Origin: Eledone cirrhosa
Taxonomy: Eukaryota
Length of the DNA: 64,000 bases
Direction of reading: 5' to 3'
Assembly: GCA_964016885.1 (NCBI GenBank)
Contig: OZ024741.1
Location: 132,122,001 to 132,186,000 of the forward strand
Under the pieces are notes generated by a model. That model had not been told where the DNA came from and did not search any database. It saw only the letters and a list, made by a program, of their open reading frames with translations. A program made the translations under genes and the position numbers. Positions 40,013 to 53,400 of this stretch are shown here, piece after piece (position 1 is the stretch's first letter; each line of letters opens with the position of its first letter).

Positions 40013-40195
40013 TAATAATTTCTACTTTTGGCACAAGGCCAGCAATTACCCCAGTGCATTACTGGTGCTTTATTGTATCGACCCCCGTAAGGATGAAAGG
40101 CAAAGTTAACCTCGGTGGGATTTGAACTCAGACCGTAAAGGGACGTAACTCTATACTGCAATGCATGGCGTCCGACCTTCCACCGATACTGCCAA
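40013..40195 (-). mobile_element. SINE S1
   Basis: Full reverse-complement copy. Confidence 0.9.
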
Positions 40196-40409
40196 TGAGT
40201 AGGAACAAGGTGTCAATGTATCATCATTACGTTTATTCAGGTGACGCGTGTTTCGCGATTGATCAGCTCAAAGTACGATTCGTATCGATTGGACCTGACT
40301 CTAGGATCAATAGCTCATCAGACTCGTGGTTTATTTAATGACGGGAGATATCTGCGTACAGCTTTAAATTATCATTTCTCATTCACTCGCCAAATTATTT
40401 CTGAGAGGG

Positions 40410-41850
40410 TCGTTCAAACACTCCTTCCAGCGGGTCCTGTCAGAAGCAATCGACTCCAAATGATCTGGCTGGATCTCCAAGCGAGATCAGCCAAGCTCAT
40501 TTTGCTCGGGGTCTACCCCTAGGTTTCCTGCCGACTGGTTTTGCCCGTAAAATCTGTCCAGCGATTCTTTCCTGGGACATTCTAACCCCATATCCATAGT
40601 ATCGGAGCTGTGATCTCTCAATTCGGAGTTAGTAGCTGCTCTACCTGGAGTGACTCTCTGATCTCCGAGCTACGCAACGTTACTCCTTCCGGGGAAACCC
40701 TATTTCGGCAGCTTCTATTCTTGATCGTATTCTTTCGGTCATTATCCAACATTCATGACTATAGGTAAGGGTTGGCACGAATAGCGAATTGAAGAAGGCT
40801 AGTTTGGCTTTTACACCTCACTCCCTTCTTCTGATTACCGAATGCTGAAGCTGGCGCATTACCGCTCCAGCACCTGTAATTCTTGCACTTAATTTAGCCG
40901 CATGCCTTCCATCATTCGTGAATACGACCCCGATATACTTGAACTTCGCATCAAATTTATCAAGTGCAAGTCGGAGATCACCTTCTGTCGAGTTAAGTAA
41001 CACCCTGTCAACCAGAGAATACCTTCTCTATTTAAGGCTTTTAACATCACGGGCTGGATTTCATCTTCACCTTCAGCCTTGCAGAACTTGAGCTCTTTAA
41101 CTGCTCTTGTGATCTCAGCGTCTGAAAGATTAGTCACCGCTCCCAGCTGTCCCTCGTGTACATCAGAAGATGCTGTTGTGATCGGGTTTAAGAGATAAGC
41201 AAAGTATTCTCTTTACCTCACGAGGGTGCACCTCTCTGCTGAGAGGAGGACCCAAGACGAGCTGTGGAGGAGGATTTCTTATTACGAAGTCAACGGAAGG
41301 TCTGCCAGAACACTTTATTTGCTATCTGAAGTCGGATTTCAGCTTAACCCCAAAGTTCTCCCATGTCTTAACTTTGGACAGGTTTTCTGTTTACTGCTTG
41401 TGCAAGAAGGAGGACTTATTTCCAAGCCAAACTTTGTAAGCCTCTTTCTTTGCTCCTATGACATCTTAGACCTCGTCATTGAACCAAGAGGTCCTCCTGT
41501 CATCCGGTGCCACACCAAGTCCCTTTCGACCGCATCATTTAACACCTAAAGCAGAAACTGTTACGCTGAACAATTTCCACTGTCTCAACATCCTCAGTTT
41601 TCTCAGGGAGTTCTCTAAATTTGGATGCAATAGTATTTGCATACCTGGTCCTGATTTCTTTATCCACCAACGCTTCCCACTTTATCTAGTACGTCGACCT
41701 GGGCCAGCCAGTTTAGTGGACCTGTTTGGCTTTAGGTGGTCTCAAGTTACAGTTAACGAGATGGTAATCAGTTGACTGTTCTGCCCCTCTCTTAACACGA
41801 ACACCCAGCACAGAATCGAAGAGATCAGAGATAATAACAAAACCAGTTAT
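40410..41850 (-). mobile_element. Decayed RTE (Expander-like) LINE
   Basis: AVKELKFCKAEGEDEIQPVMLKALNREGILWL; FKYIGVVFTNDGR..RITGAGAVMRQL. Confidence 0.75.
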
Positions 41851-42133
41851 TGAACTCTGTCCCATGTATATTTATGGATGTATCTTGCTGGGAGAAGGTG
41901 TTTATAATAGAGAGTCCATTGGTAAAACATAAATCTAGTAGGGCCTGTCCATTCGTATTTAGATCGGGGTCGCCATTCCTCCCAATCACTCCTTTCCATG
42001 TCAGGTGGTATGTGCCTATATGTGCATTGAAGTCTCACATTATGATATATAGGACTCAGCCTTAATTACATCTAACGCTGCAGTGACTTCATCTAGAGCA
42101 TTTTAAAACCTGGCGGAGCCCATCTTCTCTCTA

Positions 42134-42195
<62 letters not shown>

Positions 42196-42396
42196 GTTGC
42201 TTCACCATCTTTGTTTGTTTACACTCTCGTGTCCCCTTTATTTACGTGTCCCAACGACTTTTTTTAACCGTTGCTCGCACCAACCGGAGGTATATGGTCT
42301 TTAAAGCGATGAAATACCAATGATGGTTGGAACATCACTGATGAAGGACTAACTTTATTCATATGTAATCCATTTGCAACCATGCAACACGTTTAT

Positions 42397-42430
<34 letters not shown>

Positions 42431-42436
<6 letters not shown>

Positions 42437-42701
42437 AGAAATGTTAGCTATCGCCGTATTTTGACTAAAGAAATTAAAGAAATTATTTAGCCTGATAGTG
42501 GGGTTAAGAACCCTCAGAGAAATGGAAAAGATGAGTATTGACGTACATGTACGTCAATACTCATCTTTTTCCATTTCTCTGAGGGTTCTTAACCCCACTA
42601 TCAGGCTAAATAATTTCTTTAATTTCTTTAGTCAAAATACGGCGATAGCTAACATTTCTAATAATTTCAAATCCACTCGCTGTTTCGAAAATATTCTTAC
42701 T

Positions 42702-42702
<1 letters not shown>
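42431..42702. repeat. Perfect palindrome (about 115-bp arms, centre gtacatgtac) with one-sided extension, in (TA)n
   Basis: attagaaatgttagctatcgccg...cggcgatagctaacatttctaat. Confidence 0.9.
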
Positions 42703-42734
<32 letters not shown>

Positions 42735-42828
42735 TATATATGTAAAAGGTAAACAGAAATAACAACACAATCGGTACAGTATATGGAAGGGATATATTCG
42801 GTTAACGCTTGATATAGCAGGAAGAGGG

Positions 42829-42864
42829 TCTTAACGTTTCGGACGCTAGTCCTTCGTCAGAAGA
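42829..42864 (-). ncRNA. Minimal Penelope-type hammerhead
   Basis: tctt-CTGACGA-a-ggac tagc gtcc-GAAA-cG TT-aaga; palindromic aacgtt stem III. Confidence 0.75.
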
Positions 42865-43073
42865 AAGAATGAGAAATAAGATAGATTGCGGGGACGGGTG
42901 GGTTGGAATTGGAAAAATATGTCTTTAGATAAAAATAACAGATCCATTCATGTTGACATCTCTTTCAAAACTGTTGGTGTTGGCGTTTTGTGTATGATTT
43001 ATTTTTTTAGAAAAGGGGATGATGGAGCGTGTCTACCTGAAATGGAAGAAAAACCGTTTTGTAAAAAGAGCTA

Positions 43074-43257
43074 TAGGATGTTTCAAAATATTTGATATCA
43101 TTTAAAATGTAAATATCCCCAAAACTACAAAGTCTAGGACAATGAAGCTGGAAGGTTTAATGTTGAGCAACATAAGAGTTATTCCTCAGAATGTGAACGG
43201 GAAATTCAAAGGTATATATGTGGATTCCATGATATCTAATTTTTTGAAACACCCTCT
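43074..43257. mobile_element. Tc1/mariner-type MITE (related copy about 38402-38563)
   Basis: taggatgtttcaaaa / ttttgaaacaccctc; shared interior atgtaaatatccc..gttgagcaacataag. Confidence 0.6.
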
Positions 43258-43675
43258 ATATATATGAATGTGTGAGTGAGTGTGTACACTTTTATTTATT
43301 TACTGTGTTCAGTCATTAGACAATGACCATGTCATGGTACTACCATAAAGTGATGTAGTCAATCGACACCAGTGGGTTTTTTTTCGTGCCGTGTCCATGA
43401 CAAATCGTCATCCGTTTGTTCAACACTCGCATTGAGGAACAATCAATATGTTTATGGGTCATTACCCTTCATCAAGACTGTATACCTCTGCCATATATAT
43501 GAATTTGAAGGTTATAAGCATCACCGTTGTTTGACTATCAAAAATAGTCTTATATGTTGGGCATATAAACCCTGGAGATGGAAAAATGTGTACAGTGTAT
43601 ATATGCCCAACTTACACTATTTTTTATAATCAAAATCAAAACTTCCTATCACTCAGCGGTTCTAAAGATAGATTG

Positions 43676-43721
<46 letters not shown>

Positions 43722-43725
<4 letters not shown>

Positions 43726-45841
43726 TAGAAGGGGTATTTAATTTGTTGGAAGTCCGACAAATATAAATGTTTATAACTGATTTAGAGCACTCAACAGTTT
43801 ACTGGAGTAAATATTCAATGATATTAAATAAATGGAAACTATATTTATAAAACCATATTTATTTTATTATATATATTTCAAGGGTACCAAGACAACATTG
43901 GTAAGCTTTCATCAGATAAAATACAAAGTTTGTTTTATAAATAGAGACGTACCCATGAAAATCATACCTTATCGGTTGGAAATTCACTGGATAGTGGAAA
44001 TATATTAGGGATTATTCAAACTTATGTGTGAATATGCAAATGAATATGTAAATAATTGAAAAACAACCGTTTATTTAAACGACTATGGAGAAAGAGAGAG
44101 AGAAGATATAAGGGGAGAAAGATAAAAAATAGTACGAGAGAGAGAGAAAGAGAAGAAATAAACAAGGGAGGATGAATAAAACTCATATAACGTTAATTTG
44201 GGGGAAATATATTCTAAGTATATATCTTAATAGTACGTGTATTTAAAATTATTAGTTGTTTAAAATTCGTTTATAATATAATATTTTCTGTTATAAGTAA
44301 ATAAATAAATAAATAAATAAATAGATAAATAAATAAATAGATGGGTATATCATGTTATAGATAATTGTTTTAATGAGTTATGAGGGATATTGGTTTTGTA
44401 TTTAATGTAAATAAATATTAAGTTAAATTAAATTAAATTAACTGAGTTAATAAGAATATTTATATCTATATATTTTAAAATGGGAAGATACGGAAAAACT
44501 CCAGTTTAATTTATTTATTCGTTAGTATGAGACTATTTAGTCAAAAACTATTTCCCAAGTTAATGAATATTCATTAACTTGGGAAATAGTTTTTGCGTAC
44601 CGAAACACAGCTTTATCTAGATTCTGCAAATTGTGTGTTGAGGAAATTTGTTTCATACTTAAATGTAAGAATTCTATTAATCTAAGAACGAATTTATTTA
44701 ATTCTTGTAGACATCGCCTGAATTCAACATTCAGAACTATATATAAATTATAATTATACTTATAATATTTCTACTTATTTCCATGACAATCTTATCCACT
44801 TGGTTTTAATATATTGATATCTCTAAATCATAATATCTATAACATTTGCTATAATTCCACTTCTTAAAGTTTCATAAAATATATACATATATAATTCTAA
44901 TTTTTTTTAAATTTAAATTTAAATTTTAATTGTAATTCTAATCTTAATAATTTTTAATTCTTTATTTTTATTTCTTTAATTTTTATTTTTTTTTAAATTA
45001 CTTATCTCTATTAAATTTTTTTTTTTTTTTTTCTCAAATTTTAAAGATTTTTTCAATATATTTTATTAGATTTATAACCACTAACTGATTCTGGCTAAAT
45101 ATATCTTTCAACATTTATACTCATTTTGACTAAATAGTCTCACACTAACGAATAAATAAATTAAACTGGAGTTTTTCCGTATCTTCCCATTTTAAAATAT
45201 ATAAATATAAATATTCTTATTAACTCAGTTAATTTAATTTAACTTAAAATTTATTTACATTAAATACAAAACCAATATCTCTCATAACTCATTAAAACAA
45301 TTATCTATAACATGATATACCCATCTATTTATTTATTTATCTATTTATTTATTTATTTATTTATTTATCTACTTATAACAGAACATATATTATAAACGAA
45401 TTTTAAACAACTAATAATCGTAAATACACGTACTATTAAGATATATACTTAGAATATATTTCCCCCAAATTAACGTTATATGAGTTTTATTCATCCGCTC
45501 TTGTTTATTTTCTCTCTCTCTCTCGTACTATTTTTTATCTTTCTCTCCTTATATCTTCTCTCTCTCTCTTTCTCCATAGTCGTTTAAATAAACGGTTGTT
45601 TTTCAATTATTTACACATTCATTTGCATATTCACACATAACTTTGAATAATCCCTAATATATTTCCACTATCCAGTGAATTTCCAACCGACAAGGTATAA
45701 TTTTCATGGGTACGTCTCTATTTATAAAACAGACTTTGTATTTTATCTGATGAAAGCGTACCAATGTTGTCTTGGTACCCTTGAAATATATATAATAAAA
45801 TAAATATGGTTTTATAAATATAGTTTCCATTTATTTAATAT

Positions 45842-45846
<5 letters not shown>
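43722..45846 (+). mobile_element. 5'-truncated Penelope-like element (element B) with about 725-bp inverted 3' UTR copy
   Basis: Arms 43816-44546 / 45124-45846; GIY-YIG C-terminus at 44595-44753 (RFCKLCVEE..INLRTNLFNSCRHR*); HHRs at 43860-43923 (minus) and 45739-45802 (plus); (TA)n flanks. Confidence 0.88.
45739..45802 (+). ncRNA. Type I hammerhead ribozyme
   Basis: tattttat-CTGATGA-aagcgtaccaa..ttggtaccctt-GAAA-tatatA TA-ataaaata. Confidence 0.85.
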
Positions 45847-45902
<56 letters not shown>

Positions 45903-45904
45903 CG

Positions 45905-47030
45905 TGCACTGAGAGGGCAGCACTTCTCTCTCCACCTTTACCTTCCTTTCTAAGTGGAACTTGAAAAGGTTGACGAAGGCTTGGTCGAAGAGGACAGTGG
46001 CTGCCTTCAGTCCTTTCAGTCGTGTCCACCTCACAACTTCTTTCGCAATAACCACCAGAAATAAAAATTACTTGTCTTTCTCGGCCAAATGAAGGTGGTG
46101 GGGAAATCATCGCAATGGAGTCTGCCACTAACCAGATCGACCCTACACGTGACAAAGCTAGATAGACAAAATTCCACAAGTCAGCAATTGCCTGGACACT
46201 AGATGAGTATGTGTAGAACGATTTCGTCGCTCTGCGTGCATCTCGGACAGGTCCATCTGATATCACTGTAACGTCTGTCACAAACCGGCAGTGCACTCGA
46301 TTAGCACTGCTAGGCCAGGAATTTCTAGAAACTCTCCATAGGCCTTAGACCAAATGCAATCTGCAATAGCGTGATTAGTTCATTCTCGTCGATGCCAGGA
46401 GTCTCCCCGACAACGTCGTCGTACTTACCCGCCATTAGTCCTCTATAGAACGCTAACGTGGAATTTCCACTGACCACAATGCTCGATTGGTAGAGGACTG
46501 TGAACATCAAACAACATTCCAGATGCCAGGTACCCAGTCGGGGTCTTTGTTTGAGCCAAGACTGCAGCCCGGGCAAAGAGACGAACTGCAGAAAGACAAG
46601 TCTCACAAACGCCAAACACACCTATTCACCATCTAGGAATATCTACCTATGCCGTGGCCTCAGCGCATGTTTCGCATCATCAGCCACGGCATGCCAAGCA
46701 CTCTGCATAAAGGATGTTGGCCAAACCTGTGGAACTTGTCACTTTCACAAGAATTGAAAGAGCAGGCGTTCCAATGTAATGAGGTACGGACTGAGGTAAC
46801 TGACTACGGTCAGGAGGTAATAAATAGCGGAAGTGATGTAGGCGTTCGCCATCTCTGCCTGACCTTTCAGTGACTGCTTCCACTTGGCCCATTTCTGGGT
46901 AAGATTGACAACCTTGTTCGTTCCCTAGTCCCAGTCCCTATCCATCTGGAGATCCGGACCGAACCCGACCCCGAGCAACTTGACAAATCCACCCGACGCT
47001 GTTGAATGGCATGGATTTACCTCTTCATGT
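45905..47030 (-). mobile_element. Decayed L1/Tx1-like LINE ORF2 3' part
   Basis: VIAKEVVRWTRLKGLK..FKFHLERKVKVEREVL; related decayed copies at about 58870-59230 and 59330-59830. Confidence 0.6.
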
Positions 47031-48274
47031 GCTGAACTGAATTACCATCACCACTAACACCAACACCACCATCACCACTGCCAATAACAACCATCTGAAG
47101 CCGTTAATTGTTTTCTGAAAGGAAGCATACTGCATTTATTTTTATTGTTACTTTCTGGGTATTTATTCAAAAACAAAACACTATTAAAGAGAACAAAAAA
47201 AGAAAACAAAAAAAAGAAAAAAAATGAAAAGGAGAAAAAGAAAAAAGAATCAAGCAACGAAAGAAAGGGTGAGGGGAGGGACATACCCTAGATCTCAGTC
47301 TGGACGATGCCTCAGCCCCGCCCCACGGACAAAATGGCAAATATGTTACCTAGGAGAATGGCAAGAGACACCTACTGCACACTTGTATTGCCGTTTATCA
47401 TGAACAGTAATGGAAACAATTACAACAGCAACAAAAAAGGATACTTCATTTTTAGTAAATTTTTAATGATTTCGATTGTAATTATCTAATTAAGACACAA
47501 GCTACGAGAACGAGCGAAACATCATCAATATATAATGATTTATTTAGATTTAAAGGAAAAGAACAAATTGTCGAATTATATTTAAACTTTCCAGTGTCGA
47601 AAATATAAGTTGAAGTGACGGGTAGTCTTAAGTAGCAGAGTTAATCTGTTACCAAAATTGACAACAGCACCTGACTCTTTGGTGGTTTTAGTATGGTCCA
47701 CCCCTTTGCCAGTATTCGGCCCAGCTTCCTCTTATCAGACTTGAAAGGCCCTACAAAAGGTTATGACTACTGCTCTCCTCTTCTGACTATAACATAAAAG
47801 TGAAACCAGCCGAGGCCATGAATGATATCCAACCCCTGGGTCTCCATTTATTTATTTATTTATTTATTTATTCACTTATACGTCCATGTAGTTAACGATG
47901 ATAGACAAGGAGAGATGTCCAATGCCCCTAACAATTAAGAAACAAACACGAGAGAAAAAAACTAAAAAAGCAAAACAAGAGGCAAAATAAGCAAAAATAA
48001 GAAAAAAAGGTAAAAAAAAAAAAGACCAACTATAAATCAGTTAAAATATATTTTGTTGAATCTTTATGTAGCCTCCATGTACCTACAAATCATTTTTTTT
48101 TTTTTTTATTGTTGGTAGATCCTTGGTAATATATTGTAACTCCAATCTTAATAGGTTTTTAAAGTCCAGCTTCAAGATATCCTTTCTCTCCAACTGGTAC
48201 TTTTTACAACTCAATGATTAAGGAAATGAATGCAAGAGAAGAGTCTCCGCATGTTCTGTAAATATGTATCACGC

Positions 48275-48545
48275 ACTGCATGGTCTAATAGTCAGGATGC
48301 TTCGCGTACGATCGTAATGTCATCGGTTCGATTCCTGGATCGGGTTGTGTGTTGTGTTCTTAAGAAAAACACTTTATTTCACATTGCTCCAGTACATTCA
48401 GCTGATACGAATACTAGGAGTAGCTGGGGAGTTAAACCTGCGATAGACCGGCGTCGTGTACAGGGAGAGTCTTGTACTCTCAGTCGCTCAACGCCAAGGA
48501 AACTGGGGATAAGCACCGGCCTGACGAGCCTTCGGCTTAGAACCG
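48275..48545 (+). mobile_element. tRNA-derived SINE with V-domain-like core
   Basis: ggttcgattcct B box, gtgttcttaagaaaaacactt, aacctgcgatagaccggcgtc. Confidence 0.65.
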
Positions 48546-48599
48546 CTGTAAAGAAAAGGAGACTGCCTTCGTCCCTTGTGTAATCATTTGAATCGGATA

Positions 48600-49800
48600 T
48601 CACGACCATGTGTAGCCTTCTCTGCAAACCCAAGTTCAATCATACTTTAGTCCAGGTAGGTTGGTAGATAACTTGTACCTCCAATAATAACAGGTATGAA
48701 GCTGGATGTGTATCTTGGACACTAGATCTGCAAATTCCTCATTAATGGTCCCTAGGTATCCTCCTCTTGCACTTTTTTTTACCACCTTGACATCAACTGT
48801 GTAATTGACTTCTACAACAGAGCATGATTTTAGTGTGTGGTCCCGAACAACAATATTAGGCCGGTTGTGTTTTAATTTGGTTACGGTTTTTATTTTTAGG
48901 TTCCATCAGTTTCAACATTCTTTCTTGTTTGTTTGTTTTGTTTGTTTTTTGTTTTTGTTTTTGTTTTTTCATCTTCCATAATGCCTTCCAGATTGTTCTA
49001 GCTACCACATCGTGCCTCATAAGCAGGTAGTAACGAGAAGACATTATTTCACAATTGGCAATAATATGGCTAACATCATCGATCTTTGTTTTGCACAACT
49101 TACATTTATTGTCAACTGATGACTTTCCTCTTTTATAAAGTAGGTACTTGGAGGGGATTGCGTGGAGGTATCTTTCAAGATGCGCTGTCTTTTTAACTTG
49201 TTGAAACTCCATGCCAGCCTTTTAGTATGGTTTATCTCCTCTATTGTCTGTGTTTTGCGTCTCAAGAACCCATGTACAAACTTCTCAGTGAATATTGTTT
49301 TAATTTTGTTCGTGTATTAAGTAGTCTTCCAATGTTCCTGGGAGAGAGATTTATGCCAGCTTTTATTTCATGTCTCTCTTTAGATCAGTGTCTATCCTAA
49401 CAATATTGGATTGCCATTCTGCGTTCAAATCCCGCTGAGGTTAACTTTGCCTTTCATCCTTACGGGGTCGATAAAATAAAGTACCAGTAATACACTGAGA
49501 TAATTGCTGGCCTTGTGCCAATAGTAGAAACAATTATTATGTACATGCTCATAAGCCCGAGTGAGATGGCCGCTGATCTTTTTCTTCTGTTAAATATGTT
49601 GCTTCAGTGTTATTACCCATGTTTCGAATGATGTTAATATGGATTGTAGGCCCCGGCCACCTTCCTTGTATGGGAAATATAGCCTATCCACGTCACCATT
49701 GATGTTAATGTTTCCAGTAATCTCAAGAAGCTTAAGAGTTCTTAGATCCATCTCGTTTAGTTCTTGCAATGACCAGCTCAGCAAAAGTATTATGGGCAAT
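48600..49800 (-). mobile_element. Decayed R4/Dong-like non-LTR element, interrupted by SINE S1 fragment 49422-49540
   Basis: DVDRLYFPYKEGGRGLQSI; KCKLCKTKIDDVSHIIANC..RYYLLMRHDVVAR. Confidence 0.8.
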
Positions 49801-50479
49801 ATGGCTGTTGTACGCTGAGATTTGTGATGAACATACTCTCTTTACTCTCTTGGAATATTCATTCATGGTTCTCTCATTATGTTTGGGTCCATCGCATAGC
49901 AATACCACAACAATACGAACAAACCAGAAGTGTGTGGTTACTCAATCTATCAGAAATAGCAGCCAAGTCTTTCTCAAATCACACTCTAATGTCTTAGAAA
50001 ATGACAACTTGGGTGGATAATGTAGTCTTTAGTTTGCTACACATCTGTACATAGAAATAAGGTGGGATGATTATGGCTGGGATTACTTTGAACATAGGTC
50101 TGCTTGATCATAACTGATTTCGTGCTAAAGAGCAACAATGGCAATCACAGCACCACCACTACTACATGCCAACGAGGGGGGTTACTATGTGGTTGTTTGA
50201 TTTGCTAGAAAGAGCAATCAAATATCGCTCAAATTACAATGTGCCATCGTAAAAATTGAAAGACACAATGGATGATATAGCACTAGATAAATGGGATGAA
50301 CGAGATGAATGAGCAGAGCTGGATTTACCTATAAGATAAATAAGCTATAATATATATATATATAATTTTGGTTAAGAATTGAAGGTACTAATCGAGTTGT
50401 TTGAGATATATTATTTATTTATTCTTTATCATTAACATTAATATAAAAAAAAAATTTCTTTTCTTTTTTTTTCTTTTTC

Positions 50480-50749
50480 TGCTTTTGGCAATTTTCTGCA
50501 ATTACCCCATTGCATTACTGGTGCTTTATTTTATCGACTCCGTAAGGATGAAAGACAAAGTTAATTTCGGCGAGATTTGAACTCAGAACTTAAAGAGACG
50601 TAACTCTTTGCTGCAAAGCATGGCGTCCGACTCTCTACCGATACTGCCAAATAATTGTTTCTACATTAGGCACAATGCCAGCAATTATCCAGTGCATTAC
50701 TGGTACTTCATTTAATCGACCCCGTAAGGATGAAAGGCAAAGTCAACCC
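50480..50749 (-). mobile_element. Two adjacent SINE S1 copies (one full, one 5'-truncated)
   Basis: Core and tail motifs occur twice. Confidence 0.85.
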
Positions 50750-51155
50750 AAATAATAATGACATATAATTAGTTTAAATTTTTTACCCGAATTGTTTTAG
50801 AGAAGGGCCTCAAATTTCATATAGCTTTGGGCCTCAGCTGGTGAAAGTCCAGTCATGTGAACGAGAGTGGACAACTTTTAATCCTAGTTATGCTCGTTCA
50901 GAGCAAACATGAAGATAAACAATGTAAACAACAACAAACAACATTCATAGTATAACACCTACATATCATCAATACATAGATACAAGAGCACTATAACTCT
51001 ACTACGGTACTACAAACACTCTTACCACTCCTCAACACACAAGGCACTTGTCGCTCCATCTCCATTTCGTCACAATTCCTCCTCTCACCATATAGTTGCT
51101 TGGCAACTTAGTTGTCATGTTGTGTGGGGGAAATACACACACACACGCACGCACG

Positions 51156-51229
<74 letters not shown>

Positions 51230-51244
51230 TATATATAAATATAT

Positions 51245-51284
<40 letters not shown>

Positions 51285-51563
51285 TCACACACACAAACAC
51301 TCGCTCACACACACTCATGTATGCGTATGTGTGTGTGTATCTGCAACTGTGTATATGTCTATATACTTATGTGTTGGAGTGTACGTATATATACAGGTGT
51401 ATGTATTTGAGGACGTGTAAATGAGTTTGTGTCGGTTCTTATCTACCTCTGTGTCTATATGTATGTATATGTTTGTGTGTATGTATGTATGTGTGTTTAA
51501 ATATATGTCTGCCTCGTGCATTTATTTGTTAATATATATATATGTATCTACATATTTATATAT

Positions 51564-51703
51564 AACGAAGGAAATGTGGTAAGGAACCAGATGGACCATA
51601 ACGCACCAAAGTACTCAATACTTAGGGTAGTAGAGTGGGTAATAGGAACGAATAGGACCCCGACGGCTGAGCTCAAGCCGTTTCGACGGCTAATTCTGGA
51701 CTA
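51564..51703 (-). mobile_element. Family F insertion (no fold-back)
   Basis: Matches 18111-18245. Confidence 0.8.
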
Positions 51704-51790
51704 AAAATGCATTTATATATATATGTGAGTGTGTGGGTATACGGCGATATGTATTTACATGCGTGTATTTTTACGTTCGTGTGTCTATAA

Positions 51791-52081
51791 ATGGCCTATG
51801 CGTTTATTTATGTGTATACGACTATATACGTGTTTCTGTGTTCGTATGTATGTGGAATTGTGTGTATTGTATATTTGTTTATGTATGTGGCGGTAGGTGT
51901 GTGTGTGAGTACGTCCGTTGACATATGTACATTCACACATGTCAACGGACGTACTCACACACACACCTGCCGCCACATACATAAACAAATATACAAATAT
52001 ACATTGACACACAATTCCACATACATACGAACACAGAAACACGTATATAGTCGTATACACATAAATAAATGCATAGGCCAT
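51791..52081. repeat. Near-perfect palindrome of GT-rich sequence (about 140-bp arms)
   Basis: atggcctatgc...gtacgtccgttgacat / atgtcaacggacgtac...gcataggccat. Confidence 0.85.
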
Positions 52082-52159
52082 GTATATGTACATTCACGTG
52101 TACATGTATGTACATACATGTGTGTGTTTAGTCGAGCATGCATGTGAATTCCCATTATA

Positions 52160-52342
52160 ATAATTGTTTCTAAATTTGGCACAAGGCCAGCAATTACTCA
52201 GCACATTACTGGTACTTTATTTTATCGACCCCGTAAGGATGAAAGGCAAAGTTAACCTCGGCGGGATTTGAACTCAGACTGTAAAGGGACGTAACTATGC
52301 TAGAAAGCATGGCGTCCAACCCTCTACCGATACTGCCAATCC
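52160..52342 (-). mobile_element. SINE S1
   Basis: Full reverse-complement copy. Confidence 0.9.
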
Positions 52343-52406
52343 ACAGAAACAAAATGGCGTAGGACAGAACAAAAGAGAGGCACAAAAACAAAGAAAAGAA
52401 TCCCCA

Positions 52407-52449
52407 GTCACTGAAGAGGTCACAGAATGTGTGACGAAAGAACTTTGAC
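52407..52449 (+). ncRNA. Minimal hammerhead ribozyme
   Basis: gtca-CTGAAGA-g-gtcaca gaatg tgtgac-GAAA-gaaC TT-tgac. Confidence 0.65.
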
Positions 52450-52612
52450 AATATATAAACAACTATCTGGTTGTGGAACCAACCAACCAACCGGAAATTT
52501 ATAAATTCCTAAATTTATAAATTAATTATAATAAATTGAAGTGAAAGCCACTGGTGCGTGTGTTTCTAATTGGCAACATGGCCCTCCCAAAGTATAACAA
52601 TATATATACGGT

Positions 52613-52792
52613 GGATTGGCAGTATCGGTAGAGGGTCGGACGCCATGCTTTCCAGCATAGTTACGTCCCTTTACGATCTGAGTTCAAATCCCGCCGAGGT
52701 TGACTTTGCCTTTCATCCTTACGGGGTCGATAAAATAAAGTACCAGTAATGAACTGGGTAATTTGCTGGCCTTGTGCCTAAAGTAGAAACAA

Positions 52793-52793
<1 letters not shown>
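52613..52793 (+). mobile_element. SINE S1
   Basis: Full copy. Confidence 0.9.
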
Positions 52794-52831
<38 letters not shown>

Positions 52832-52991
52832 TGTGGTTACACAACAGTTAGTTCACCATACCGAGAACAATTGTTTCACCTTAGCGGATCTTTAGCTCGG
52901 AATGGGCATCCATATATTATATATATGGTCGTATACATATTTATATATATGCACGTATATATATATATATGTATATATGTATATAAATATG

Positions 52992-53060
<69 letters not shown>

Positions 53061-53299
53061 TTGCATGAATGTATGTGCACGTGATTGCGTATACGTATCT
53101 ATGTGTGTGCATGTATATGTTTATGTGGAACGGGTGCGAAAGCGTATTACATGCGTGTATATATATATATATACACGTGCATTTGTGTGCATATGTGTGT
53201 GTGTATGTGTATATCTGTGTTTGAGGTGTATGCGTGTAACCAGTTCACAACTAGCTGCTAGTTAACTATATGCACATGTTTGTATATGTACACACGTGC

Positions 53300-53360
53300 C
53301 TGTGTGTGAGTGTGTGCGTGTACATATATGTGTATATGCGTATATGTGTATGTACATATG

Positions 53361-53400
<40 letters not shown>

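Noticed and set aside
42335-42400. CTGATGAagg in a (TA)n-flanked segment
   Set aside because: No GAAA half-core or convincing stem II.
48518-48545. cctgacgagccttcggct hairpin
   Set aside because: Lacks GAAA; it is the 3' part of a V-type SINE.
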